In this document: in pieces, positions 1 through 10,367 of the stretch
Numbering within the stretch: position 1 is the stretch's first letter
Layout: each line of letters starts with the position of its first letter
Source: Paramicrosporidium saccamoebae KSL3
Lineage: Eukaryota > Fungi > Cryptomycota
NCBI GenBank assembly: GCA_002794465.1
Contig: MTSL01000065.1
Span: 211,069-243,068 of the forward strand
DNA: 32,000 nucleotides
Direction: 5' to 3'
The notes under the pieces: generated by a model
Databases searched by the model: none
What the model was told of the DNA's origin: nothing
What the model saw: the letters and a program-made list of their open reading frames with translations, nothing else
Made by a program: the position numbers and the translations under genes

Positions 1-335
1 ACAGTCGCAGAGGGGCCATCGTAGCGGAGCAGACAATAACGTTCCTTCTCTGTGCACACAAACACCGTATCACAGGATGCTCCCTAAGAGATTAATACGC
101 TCGCAGTCTAACATACCGGACAAGTGAGCTTTTCTAGTACTGTAATGCGTCCGTTGATGGGGACCTCCAGTTTGGCAACCAGGCCATTGGCACCAATTTC
201 ATATACCTCAAGTCGGTTCGTCTTACTAATGATCAGGTTGTGGACATTGGGTCCCATGAATCGCGCATACAGCGAGTGGAAAACAGCCGAGGGTGGCTCT
301 ACTGTAGCCACAAAGTATCCACCGGTGCCTTCCAT
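1..335 (-). CDS. DDB1: DNA damage-binding protein 1 (DDB1), 5' part; gene continues beyond the left window edge
   Basis: N-terminus YFVATVEPPSAV...NLIISKTNRLEVYEIGANGLVAKLEVPINGRITVLE resembles the DDB1 start. Removing a 33-nt GTATGT..TAG intron (84-116) continues the frame as CPGASCDTVFVCTEKERYCLLRYD, which fits the next DDB1 segment. Confidence 0.85.
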
Positions 336-522
336 GATTTAAGGCTTATTCATTTGTGAGGTTATGTAAAGTTTGTGGGCATTGGGTGGGAATTGTAGTA
401 AAAATTCTTTATTGGCGATCTTTGATCCGCTATATGCTTTCTTGCAGTAACAAAGACCCTGTGTTCCAAGTCCATAGATATGATATATTCTTTCGCATTC
501 TTCCGTTTCCTTCTCCTATAGT

Positions 523-3500
523 TTATAATGGCGGACCTTCCATGAACGCAGACACAATCATTTTTACCGCCTCCGCCTCTGCCTCAGTAATGTTCTCGGA
601 TGTTCCTTCGGCAAGAACTGCAAGCATGTAATCGGTCCGGTCATATTGCATAAGCATGCTCAGTCGCTCGGCCATCGGGAAGAGAAGCTTGCGCATCTCT
701 CGTAGAATAACCTTTTTGCACGCAGGGCAGTTCAGCTTAATTTTTTCAAGATTATCACGACGCAGCTTGGTGGTAATGCCAGAGCCCGTTGGATCCTGGT
801 TGATGGCCTGCGATGCGTAATGTTCAAGGGCTGCCTTGAGGGGAATAGTAACAGGCGGCTCGGATGCCCCTCTGTGATACTCAAAATTGTCAAGGAACCT
901 CCTCTCTTCTTCAATTTTCTCCTCAGTGGTTGGTGTTTTAGGTGGCGGCGGGTCGTAATCCAGGAACGGATATTCTTGCGTGCTCTGTAGTGCCTGCTCC
1001 AGGATCTTATCAATTGTAAGCAACGGTATATTCCGCACCACCCTCTTCGACTCAAGTCGGGTGAACACTACACTATGCAAAATACGCAGTGTTGGATAGG
1101 ACCATCCGGGCGCATACTCTTTTAAATGCAATTTTGCCAAATGATCTGGCGGCTCGTTGTAAGTGTCCTCAGTCCGGGCAATCATACAATTCTCCACTGC
1201 AAGTGTAAAAATTTTAACTTTGGCATTTATACAGTCAGGGAGTGTCATTTTCTTCACTTGACTGTTTCCCTGACCATAAACATCTCCCTGGATGATTCCA
1301 ATCTCACGGACTAGCAGCATATGCTTACTTGTCGCAGCACACCCCACGGGATACTTGAGTTCAGCAAATTCAGCATCAATAGATTGGCATAGCGCGCTGA
1401 TGCTCCCTTTTTCCAGAACATCCTTTGAGGAGGAGTAGAGCTTTTCGAAATTTTTCGTTGTGACAAGTTTTCGGAATGCTGTCCATTGTTCCACTGTCGT
1501 AATGCTCTGCATAACGGGTTTCCATAGATCCGGGTTTGGCACGGCGGTCATAAACTTGATCCAATGATTTAGAGTCGCCTTGGATACTGCACTCCTCATG
1601 CGAGTAGCCATCTTTTTTGCCTCATCCTCGCTTGTAAGGGTGGCGGGCATTTCCTCGAGGAGGTAAGGACTAAATGCTGCCATCTTTGCCTCCTCCTCAG
1701 GGTCCTCCAACTTTTCCGCCAATTCTGGTCGCTCTTCGTACCTTTTAAGCAAGACTTTGCGCAACATGCTTTTTTCGTCAGATATACTTTCGTACTGTCC
1801 AATTTTGTTGACATACGTTCCCATAACGTCAAGGACATCCTGGATATATTGATCGGGAGATACCGGTGGTGGGTCCAGACTCAAATATGTCACAGCGGGC
1901 CACATGTTCGCCTCTTTTAAGTTACTCTTGATGGTCGCGTAGAGTGCAGCACGTTGCTTCGTTTTACGCTCATCGTCCAAGTCATTAAGGAGGATTGGGT
2001 ACAAAGTCCACAGCTTTCGATTTGGCAGACTGCCCATGGTTTCAAACATGGGCTCTGGAACGTCCGCTACTCCTACTTCCAGGCGGTGTGCATTTGCAGA
2101 GGCAAAGAAGTTGTCCCATATCGATTTCAGGCGTTTGTTGTGTTGTTCAGTCAACTCTGTGCCTTCTTTGGTTGGAGGCAATTCTCTGATTGCTTTGATT
2201 ATGGAGTCTGAACAGATTTTGATAAACACCTCAGTTCCATGGCTATTCCACAGTGTATGGAGTTTATCTACCACTAAACACGCCGCATCACCCAGATCTT
2301 TGTAAATGTCACATAGCCCACAATCTTCGGTGCAGGAACCGCAGTTTGGGTAGCCCCGATGATCAAAGTAGACTTTGTTGCCGTCATCTTCGATAAATTT
2401 CTCCAGCATAGACGGCTCGCCGAGCTGTTTCTCCTTGTAAATTTCCTGGTCTTTGAGCAATTTTATATCTAGAGGAACCTGTATGCTGCCTTTCAGCTTC
2501 TCTACTAGAGTCTTCTCGGATCGTCCATAGTGATCTGCAACAGTAGCGGCCACGAACTCTGACCAGAACGCTTTGGCGGGATGTACTTTTGCTTGCTCGA
2601 CCATAATTTTGAGGCTTTCAGGATCGTTACAGATATCATGGTACTGCAACATGCCACCCATGAACTTTGAGGAGAACCATTTGACAGGATATGGTTCAGC
2701 CTCGGGATTGCTTTCCAATTTTAAGGTTAATGGATCTCTTGCGTAATACTGTCGTAGATTCGGAGGTCCAGTTCGAATAATATCGAACAGCCGTTTCACG
2801 TACAGGTCAGGTGACATTGTGAACCACCACCTAAGATCACGGTCAGCACTTGCGAAATCCTCGCCTGTCATCTCTGGGAATGCTTCCCGTACTTTTCTGA
2901 TGGCATGTTCATTTAGTTTTTGAAGCATCTTTGCCATCGGGATGGAATTTCTTGCAAAGTATGGGTCATGAGCATTACTAAAAAATTTCTTGTCCACGTA
3001 GCTGGTGATTAGCTTTTCAACGGGAATTTCTTGAATATTGGCAAGGATCAGGTCCATCAACATTTCTGACTTGATAATGTCAAATATTTCATCTTTCCGA
3101 ATTTTATATCTAGTTTTTTCCTCAAGCGTCGCTACGGTGAAATACTGTTGCAAGAATCCGGATATCAACATTGGAGTTATTGCACGTGTTATTACCCTAT
3201 CTTTTTCTTCCACAGCTCCTATAATACAGAGAATGTTCCCAACAAAATCGTCGGTGGGAGACTGCATCAGAAGAGCCAAATCTTTCATCAGTTCCTCCAA
3301 GTCTTCAAGCGCAGTAGTGTAAGGACTGAAAGTCGTAGAGGGGATCCAGTCATTCTTGATAAGATCTGATATAGCGAAGGATACTTCCTTTCTGTACAGC
3401 AGCTCATTGTCCAGCCTTTCACCAGACCGTAGATAATTCCTTAGAACATGTTGTGCCACATACTTGCGTTCGTTTGATGTTGTGTCTGCATAAGCACAGT

Positions 3501-4291
3501 ATTCAATAGAAGCGCCCGTGTAGTTGGCTGTGATGAATGGCAAAGCAGTAAAGGCTTGATTGTCATTGAACTCAATACGATTGATCATTGCTATCTGGGA
3601 ATTCTCTGGCAGTTGCAGGGTTGCAGATTGGATCTGAATTTCCTACAAATTACCCATCAAGACATCCTCACCTACCTTGTTGACCATTTCAGGCCTGTAC
3701 TTTAGGATGTTTCCTAATACTCTAGCCGCTGCTTTAGGATCTAGCTCTCGCGCCATTGGGAAGAAGGCTAGCTGAGAGTCGAAATCCTTTACCTCATGGA
3801 TCGCCTGTTCATACAGCATCCCATATTGCCAAGCCTCTGGCGCTCTCTTCACTCGGATTCTGACTCTGGCCAGTTCCTTGGACAACTTTTCTGCCACAGT
3901 CTTACTGCGTGCCAGCACGTTGGCTACCTCCGCATAGTCTATCGAATCGCCAACCATTACCTGTAGGGCCCCGCTAAGGAAGGGTCGCCAGTGGTTGTTG
4001 GCCTCGATCGTACCGTCCATCGACGGCTGTCGAAGACTACGCGCAATATTCCAGAGAGAACTTGCGCAGCCTCGGACAGACATGGATTGCTGCAGGACGT
4101 CAGCAACAACAGGATTGATTATCAAATCGGGACCAAAGTCATTGTACGCCCGTCGGATGGCAAATTCGCTACAAGACATCTACCACAGGATTAACAACCA
4201 TTACGACATAGCACGATACCTCTCTAAAGTCTTTAATATTCATGGAGAATACAGCTCCAAAGAGGAGCAAGAGGAGTCTCATGGACTTCAT
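523..4291 (-). CDS. Large orphan protein (~1231 aa) with predicted N-terminal signal peptide; 3 exons (4291-4220, 4179-3676, 3642-523)
   Basis: ORFs 3643-4179 and 523-3588 are in the same frame and separated by one TAG that ends a 33-nt GTAGGT..TAG intron (3643-3675). A 40-nt GTATCG..TAG intron (4180-4219) joins a 24-codon first exon, MKSMRLLLLLFGAVFSMNIKDFRE. No family recognised. Confidence 0.75.
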
Positions 4292-4579
4292 GCCAAGCTA
4301 TTGACTGTGACATTATTGGCTGACTAGATAACCTTCGAGATCCCGGTTGATTGGTTCCTGTCTGCCGTCGGCGCACCAGTAGTAACCCAGCATCACCTAT
4401 TTTTCTGGTTACCAGTATGCTTTTGTATGCTGATTTGGTTTAAAATGTGATCATCGCAAGGTATAAAGTAATGGCCCTATTGATGAGCAAAAGTCAGCTT
4501 TAGTAAAGTATGTGGCATACAGGCCGCCCTCCTCAATACACCGGATTATGTCATCGCTATCCGGGTCAGACCGCTAATC

Positions 4580-7360
4580 ATGAGCAGATACTGTTTAGCA
4601 GACCCTTTATTAGAATTCTTGGCCCATAGGTATACCATCTCAACCTCAGGTTCATTGCAGCCAGGGTTGGACGAGATGGGCTTTGGATTGATTAGGACTC
4701 GAATCGTCTCTGTATCGGAACTCATTGCCTTGTTGAAGGAGCCCACTTCTCTTGGCAAGAATCTCCACTCGCTCCTGCATCAAATAGATGAGCAAGATTC
4801 GAATCCGCTGACGTCCTATGTGCGCTCTGAACCCACCCTCCCACACCTCCTCAAGCTCCTGGCTTCTGTGATGAAATCTTCAGACCACGAAATGATGAGT
4901 GGTACTCTCTGGCTTCTGGCTGCTGCACTCCGAGCGCTGGCCAAGTTTGATCTTCCAGCAGGCATCGCAGCGGCCAAGACAATACTTAACGAACAGTGCA
5001 AGTCTGTGTATCGCTGCTTGTCGTCAGGAAATCCGGGCTGTCTGACAGCAGCAATGGACTTGCTGACAACGCTGTGCATGGAAAGTGCCAGTACATCGTT
5101 GGCAGTGGCAGTGGTTGATATGAGACACAAGGGTCTGTTACAGGCGGCGAGAACCCGGAAAAGCTTGCCAAATCCACTAAAAGCCTTCAGTACCTCCCCG
5201 AGGGCCGCATATGTCTCCTGGGTTGTTCGTATGCTAAAGGTTGCAGATTATGAGACACGTGTCGCTCTATCTAGACACCCGTCGGTTTTGCACAATGTCA
5301 TTAGTGGGATGCGGCTGGATGATGCTGCGGCTGTGACACTGGTCCTAGAAACTCTCTTGGGAATGATTGTATTCAATGAGGAAGAAAACAGAAACCTCCC
5401 CGTCGCATTCTTACGCGGAAATCAGCTATCTCAAATCGCAAAGCTAATGTCCCACCAAGACGAAACGGTCCAGACCACTGCCAAGGACTTTCTCTTAAAG
5501 TGCTATTCCACAGCGGGGAAGGGCCTATGCTACCCGTCTGAGCCAGTCAATATCCTGCGAAACAAGTTGCTACATGACCTTTTGGTTGATATTGATCCCG
5601 TGGCCAATGATATGCAGGATTTCTGTCTCGAGTTGGTAGGGAAGTGTCCCGATGTCCTATGGAGTTATTTATGCTCTGGAAAGATTGCTGTAGAACCTTC
5701 TGGGTCGTCCATGGCATTTGCTGTCAACGTGTCTTTTGTGGTTAGAATGCTGGCTCTTCTCCCCGTTACCGATTCCACTCCCAAGGAAGCATTTGTACCG
5801 AAGAGTGTGCATCGAACGACAATGACCAAGGGGCTGGTTCATGATGATCGGATCATCCGCTTCAACACGCTTCTCCTGATCATGGCCCTGCTTAAACGGT
5901 TCCCAACAAGCTCGAGTCCTGAAAGGCAAGTTGTACTGGTGGCAGCACTGCCAGATTTCCGGACCATCTATAATTCGTGGAAGAAGCATCCTTCTGTAAT
6001 TGTTGACGACGAGGACGAGTTTCTGGAGCGCTGTTTCCTAGAGGTCATTTCGTTGTATGTCGAGCTGGATTTAGTTGACAAGGACGCTCCGTCCCTGAGA
6101 GTGCAGGATTTCTGTGACGTGTCATCTCCCGACCTCGCCGATTCCATCATTCGATTATGCACCCTGTTGGATCCAGCATCGCTGCTCTTGTCCACCAAAG
6201 AGGTAGAGAAGATTGGCAAGATTTGCCAGACTGCAGACGTTGGAATGACTGAAGAGATGCTCCGCACTTGGATCAGAGAGACAAATGTTTCGGCCCACCT
6301 TTCTTTGGCAAGATCAAAGGATCACTGGTCGGGAATCCTGAGCGGAATATGTGAGATATTTCAAAAGCCACTTTTATTTAAAGCAGGACAAGATCCGCTA
6401 CTGCAATATCTCCGAATCACCGAACCCGTCGACGACGCAAGTATTACTGCTGACATGATAGTAGACACGATGACAACTGTCGCAGAAGAATGTACAACAG
6501 TAGTTCTCAATGAGACTGCCGAGTACCTAGATACAGCTAAAGGAAAGATTAGCGCAAATTCGCCCGTGAATTTTCTAAATTCCATACTTTCTGTTGCAAA
6601 GCGTGTCCGCGTCATGGACTCGTATTCAAACATTGATCCCTTCACAGAAGGCGTTAATCTTGACGTGGATTCGTTAGAAGAGCTGTTAAGCATCTTATTA
6701 GTCAAATGGGATTGCGTCACTTGGCTGCGGGTAACTTGCGCTGCTTTGACTGCCTCTGACTGTGCCAAAGTTGACTTGCGTCTCCTCGTAGAATCTGGCG
6801 TGCTTGGTTACGCCATCATAGGCCTCTCTCTTTCCTCCCTCAGCCTACGCCGCATTTCTCATTTCATCCTTGTACGCTTCTCCGCCCTGCTCTCCGCCTC
6901 TCGCGTCCGAGAGCGTCGTCAACTGACCCTTTTACTGTCCAGCCTCGCTGGTCATCTTCCTTCCTCCTCGCCCCTTGACGCCCTTCCTCGATTGGAAGCC
7001 TTCTTCTATGCCGAGGCAATCCCGCTGTTGCTGAGACCAGACCATCCCATGTATAGACCACTCAACGAACTCTTGCTGGATGAACCAACAGTGTTTGCAA
7101 TGAAGGCATTCAACCGACTATTCTTTGATACAAATGAGGAATGGAGTAGAGAGCTGACGTGGTGTCTTGGATGGATTGACCGCTCAGTAGGACGGACTGG
7201 ACAGTTTCTTGACAGCTGCGACTTGACTGGCCTGTATGTGGCAGAAAATGTCGCTACACTACTAATGATGTCGGTGGAGGAGGGTGCTAAGAAGATTGCG
7301 GAACGGTTAGTCTGTAAAGTGAACCCAGTGTGGCTGTCCTCATTTACAGCCTTACAATAA
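4580..7360 (+). CDS. URB1: Nucleolar pre-ribosomal-associated protein 1 (URB1/NPA1), compact form of ~926 aa
   Basis: Npa1-like N-terminal block (SPRAAYVSWVVRML...ISGMRLDDAAAVTLVLETL) and NopRA1-like C-terminal block (DLRLLVESGVLGYAIIGLS...RERRQLTLLL...FYAEAIPLLLRPDHPMYRPLNELLL). The start is uncertain: a possible 23-nt intron at 4565-4587 would move it to ATG 4548. Confidence 0.8.
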   Translation: MSRYCLADPLLEFLAHRYTISTSGSLQPGLDEMGFGLIRTRIVSVSELIALLKEPTSLGKNLHSLLHQIDEQDSNPLTSYVRSEPTLPHLLKLLASVMKSSDHEMMSGTLWLLAAALRALAKFDLPAGIAAAKTILNEQCKSVYRCLSSGNPGCLTAAMDLLTTLCMESASTSLAVAVVDMRHKGLLQAARTRKSLPNPLKAFSTSPRAAYVSWVVRMLKVADYETRVALSRHPSVLHNVISGMRLDDAAAVTLVLETLLGMIVFNEEENRNLPVAFLRGNQLSQIAKLMSHQDETVQTTAKDFLLKCYSTAGKGLCYPSEPVNILRNKLLHDLLVDIDPVANDMQDFCLELVGKCPDVLWSYLCSGKIAVEPSGSSMAFAVNVSFVVRMLALLPVTDSTPKEAFVPKSVHRTTMTKGLVHDDRIIRFNTLLLIMALLKRFPTSSSPERQVVLVAALPDFRTIYNSWKKHPSVIVDDEDEFLERCFLEVISLYVELDLVDKDAPSLRVQDFCDVSSPDLADSIIRLCTLLDPASLLLSTKEVEKIGKICQTADVGMTEEMLRTWIRETNVSAHLSLARSKDHWSGILSGICEIFQKPLLFKAGQDPLLQYLRITEPVDDASITADMIVDTMTTVAEECTTVVLNETAEYLDTAKGKISANSPVNFLNSILSVAKRVRVMDSYSNIDPFTEGVNLDVDSLEELLSILLVKWDCVTWLRVTCAALTASDCAKVDLRLLVESGVLGYAIIGLSLSSLSLRRISHFILVRFSALLSASRVRERRQLTLLLSSLAGHLPSSSPLDALPRLEAFFYAEAIPLLLRPDHPMYRPLNELLLDEPTVFAMKAFNRLFFDTNEEWSRELTWCLGWIDRSVGRTGQFLDSCDLTGLYVAENVATLLMMSVEEGAKKIAERLVCKVNPVWLSSFTALQ

Positions 7361-7531
7361 ACTTGCCTGTGCACCAATATTTGATTTTTATAATGAGAGT
7401 TGTATGACTCGTACTGACTTAGCACTAGAAGTACTACGTATTGACGACTCACATGCACGCTTTCGGTCTAGACTGACGTTGGCACGACCCACCCACCATG
7501 CGATGGGACGCAACTTGACTCGGGAAAACCG

Positions 7532-7789
7532 TCAGCCATACCAGGAAAGATTTTCAGCACCCTGGCTGCTTTTATAGAAATTTCGTGAGCCCGGTTTATG
7601 GGATGTCAAAGTCGTATATTTCTGACTGTGAGATTTGTAATTCGAGCGAGATTTATAGTCCGTGCGAGATTTATAGTCCATGCGAGATTTATAGTCCGTG
7701 CGAGGTTTATAGTCTGTGCGAGGTTTATAGTCTGTGCGAGGTTTATAGTCTGTGCGAGATTTTTGATCCATATCAAGTTTGTATTCCAT
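7532..7789 (-). CDS. Putative small repeat protein with (T/M)DYK(P/S)R hexapeptide units; gene boundaries unresolved
   Basis: 85-codon ATG-initiated ORF through the repeat. Some between-unit differences are synonymous in this frame (ACA/ACG Thr, TAT/TAC Tyr). Confidence 0.4.
   Translation of the reverse strand: MEYKLDMDQKSRTDYKPRTDYKPRTDYKPRTDYKSRMDYKSRTDYKSRSNYKSHSQKYTTLTSHKPGSRNFYKSSQGAENLSWYG
7628..7789. repeat. 18-nt tandem repeat, 6 near-perfect plus 3 degenerate units (consensus GCGAGRTTTATAGTCYGT)
   Basis: Near-perfect units start at 7646, 7664, 7682, 7700, 7718 and 7736; degenerate units start at 7628, 7754 and 7772. Confidence 0.97.
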
Positions 7790-7888
7790 GTTTTCGTACT
7801 AACCATTAACTCTACAGAGGACGCTCTAGCCGGATTCCTTGTTGTCGGCCATTGCCTCTGTAAAATACATGCCATAATCCATAATCCG

Positions 7889-10015
7889 TTAGTGCTGACG
7901 ATATTTCAACTCTATAAAGGATATCCCATCAATAAATTCAGAGAAACCAATGGAGCCAATGCCGTGCGGATCGGCGCGACGCAGCACTTCATCCCAATCA
8001 ATTGGGCTATGAAGGCCATCGCTCTCTACAGCGCTCTTCCAACTCACAATCGCCTCGTGAAGCGATAACCTACGCCAAGATTTGTCATTGTGGAAATACG
8101 CAGCGCGATATCTTTCCATCTGTTTTCGGTGAAATTCAGCACGGAAGGGATGAAGATCAGCAATTCCGCAAGTAATTAAATATTCCTCAGCCAGACCTGT
8201 TTGTCTCTCACGTTCAGCTTTCGACCATCCAAGCTCCTCACTCATCAGCTCCACCACGCGGGGAAGTGCATCTCTGGCAGCAAAACAGCTAAGATGCGCA
8301 AGACGAGTACGTCGAGCGAGAATATCCACTGCCGTCTGTGCATATTCAAATCGAGTGGCATATATAACTTCACTCTCCAAGTACGGATACTGAGGAACAA
8401 GTCTCTTTCCGAAGAGTGGCCACCTGCAAGATTCGGTTGCATTGCATAGAGCAGCCACCAACCAGGCACGGTCGCCATAGCTGCTAGCCAAGTGCTTAGC
8501 CACGTCCGTTTCGAGGCCAAAATGCTGAATCAGGCTGACATAGGTATTGTGGTGGTAATCATGAGCGCCGATTAAGGGGATTTGATCCGTCCTCGATTCG
8601 GAATACTTTGGTGTAAGTTTGAATTCCTGGATGGCGGCATTGATCGTGTCCTCTGCCATCTGTCTATACGTAGTCCACTTGCCGCCGGCAATGGTGAGGA
8701 GACCACTGGGACTGATCATGACAATGTGATTCCTAACCAACTCCTGGGTGGACTTTGCGCTTGGATTTCGGATCAGTGGACGCAGGCCGGACCACGCTGC
8801 TAATACATCACTGTGGCGCACATGCATATCCGGGTCAAGGTACCGCTTCACTTCGTCGACAATAAAGTTGATTTCTGTGCAAGTAGCCTTTGGTTCAAAA
8901 GTCAGATCAGAGGGGGAATCAGTGGTGCCAGCTATAGTGTTTCCTTCCCAGGGAAGGAAGAAGATGACACGACCGTCACTAGAAGAGGGATCAATGAGCC
9001 CCATTTGTCCAGAACTGTAGTAAGAGGGGAACATGATGTGTGTCCCTACACTGGCTTGCACCAGTGGCTCGCATGTGGGATCGTCCATTTTCCGTATCAG
9101 ATCTATAAAATCAAACCTCGAAACTCCTAATGTACCGCAAAATGGACCTGTCGCACTAATTACACCTTTGCATTTAACTGGGAACACTTCTCCTGATATG
9201 CGGTCTTTGACGACAACTCCCCTTAGAGTGCCTGTAACTTTATCTTTGATCAAATCCACAACCTCAGTGTAGTTGGTTACTGTTGCGCCATGGTGTAGAG
9301 CGGTCAGAGCAAGCGAGACATTTGTCCTCGCATCATTTTGGGATCCATCATAGTAGACCATGGCACCCACCAACTCTTTCTTCTTCAGCATTGGAAATGC
9401 CTGCAAAGCTCTGGTTTTGTTCAAAAAGTAGCTACTCTCCAATCCCCGTCCCCCAGCTACAAAGTCGTACGCCTTTGAACCAGCCCAAAAGTATGGGAGT
9501 TTCCACCATTGGTATATTGGTAGCATGATGGGCAACTGGCCAGTTAGATGCGGTGCGATCCGCAACAGGGTTGCACGCTCAGCCAAGGCTTCCCGCACCA
9601 TGGCAAATTGCTCCCAGTCAAAGTGCAAAAATGCCTTTTCCAAGTACCGCACCCCGCCGTGTACCAATTTTGTGCTTTTTGAGGAAGTACCAGCAGAAAA
9701 GTCGTCCCTTTCCACCAATGCAACATTCAAACCACGTGTGGCGCCCTCCAAAGCACACCCAGTACCTGTGGCACCACCCCCGATAATGACCACATCAAAC
9801 TCGCGTTCTGGATACCTCAGCTTTGAGATCAACTGTGCTCTGCTGGGCGGTCTCCATTCCAGTGCAGCCCGCCGCTCCTCTGGACTGAGACTGACTGCTA
9901 GGGGAGTGCGGAGTTTCTCTCGCTCAATACCATGCCACCATGTGATACCAACGTAACCTGCTCCCGCAGTACCGACCAGCAAGACCAGATTGCGAGTGCG
10001 ACGGAGAAAGGACAT
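7889..10015 (-). CDS. GUT2: Mitochondrial FAD-dependent glycerol-3-phosphate dehydrogenase (~697 aa), one in-frame 33-nt intron (9103-9135)
   Basis: FAD-binding DVVIIGGGATGTGCALE, GTSSKSTKLVHGGVRYL, IAGGKWTTYRQMAE and DILARRTRL motifs. The intron removes the TLGVSRFDFI insertion and restores GPFCDLIRKMD. The first true ATG is 10015 (MSFLRR, targeting-peptide-like); the ORF-track start at 10054 is GTG. Confidence 0.95.
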   Translation of the reverse strand: MSFLRRTRNLVLLVGTAGAGYVGITWWHGIEREKLRTPLAVSLSPEERRAALEWRPPSRAQLISKLRYPEREFDVVIIGGGATGTGCALEGATRGLNVALVERDDFSAGTSSKSTKLVHGGVRYLEKAFLHFDWEQFAMVREALAERATLLRIAPHLTGQLPIMLPIYQWWKLPYFWAGSKAYDFVAGGRGLESSYFLNKTRALQAFPMLKKKELVGAMVYYDGSQNDARTNVSLALTALHHGATVTNYTEVVDLIKDKVTGTLRGVVVKDRISGEVFPVKCKGVISATGPFCGTLGVSRFDFIDLIRKMDDPTCEPLVQASVGTHIMFPSYYSSGQMGLIDPSSSDGRVIFFLPWEGNTIAGTTDSPSDLTFEPKATCTEINFIVDEVKRYLDPDMHVRHSDVLAAWSGLRPLIRNPSAKSTQELVRNHIVMISPSGLLTIAGGKWTTYRQMAEDTINAAIQEFKLTPKYSESRTDQIPLIGAHDYHHNTYVSLIQHFGLETDVAKHLASSYGDRAWLVAALCNATESCRWPLFGKRLVPQYPYLESEVIYATRFEYAQTAVDILARRTRLAHLSCFAARDALPRVVELMSEELGWSKAERERQTGLAEEYLITCGIADLHPFRAEFHRKQMERYRAAYFHNDKSWRRLSLHEAIVSWKSAVESDGLHSPIDWDEVLRRADPHGIGSIGFSEFIDGISFIELKYRQH

Positions 10016-10367
10016 TCCGTTGGCGTAACAAAAGGGCACAACCTGATTCGTCACCGTTGCATAAATATTGTCATATGCCTATTAATGCCCCGTATATGTC
10101 ATAATGAAAAGTGAAATAGACAAAGGGTGGGTGGGAGAGATTGTGAGATGGAAATTGAGTAGGCGAGTGAGTAAGGATAACACATTGTGAGAGGGTACAT
10201 TTGCGGAACAAAAGTCCCAACCTCTCGCTGCATGATACAACCGCATAACAAGTCGAATATCCGGCTTAAAGTCACAGCACATGAATTACAATACTCTCAT
10301 CCTGACTCACTACAACAAGCTACTATAGCCTCACAATTACAATGTATTATGGATATGATGTTTCGTG

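Noticed and set aside
3643-3645. Single in-frame TAG between two ORFs, suggesting stop-codon readthrough or an alternative genetic code
   Set aside because: The TAG is the acceptor of a canonical 33-nt intron, and other genes here terminate normally at TAG.
7628-7789. Tandem repeats as a CRISPR array (also 20787-20878)
   Set aside because: Units are head-to-tail with no unique spacers, the context is eukaryotic, and there are no cas genes.
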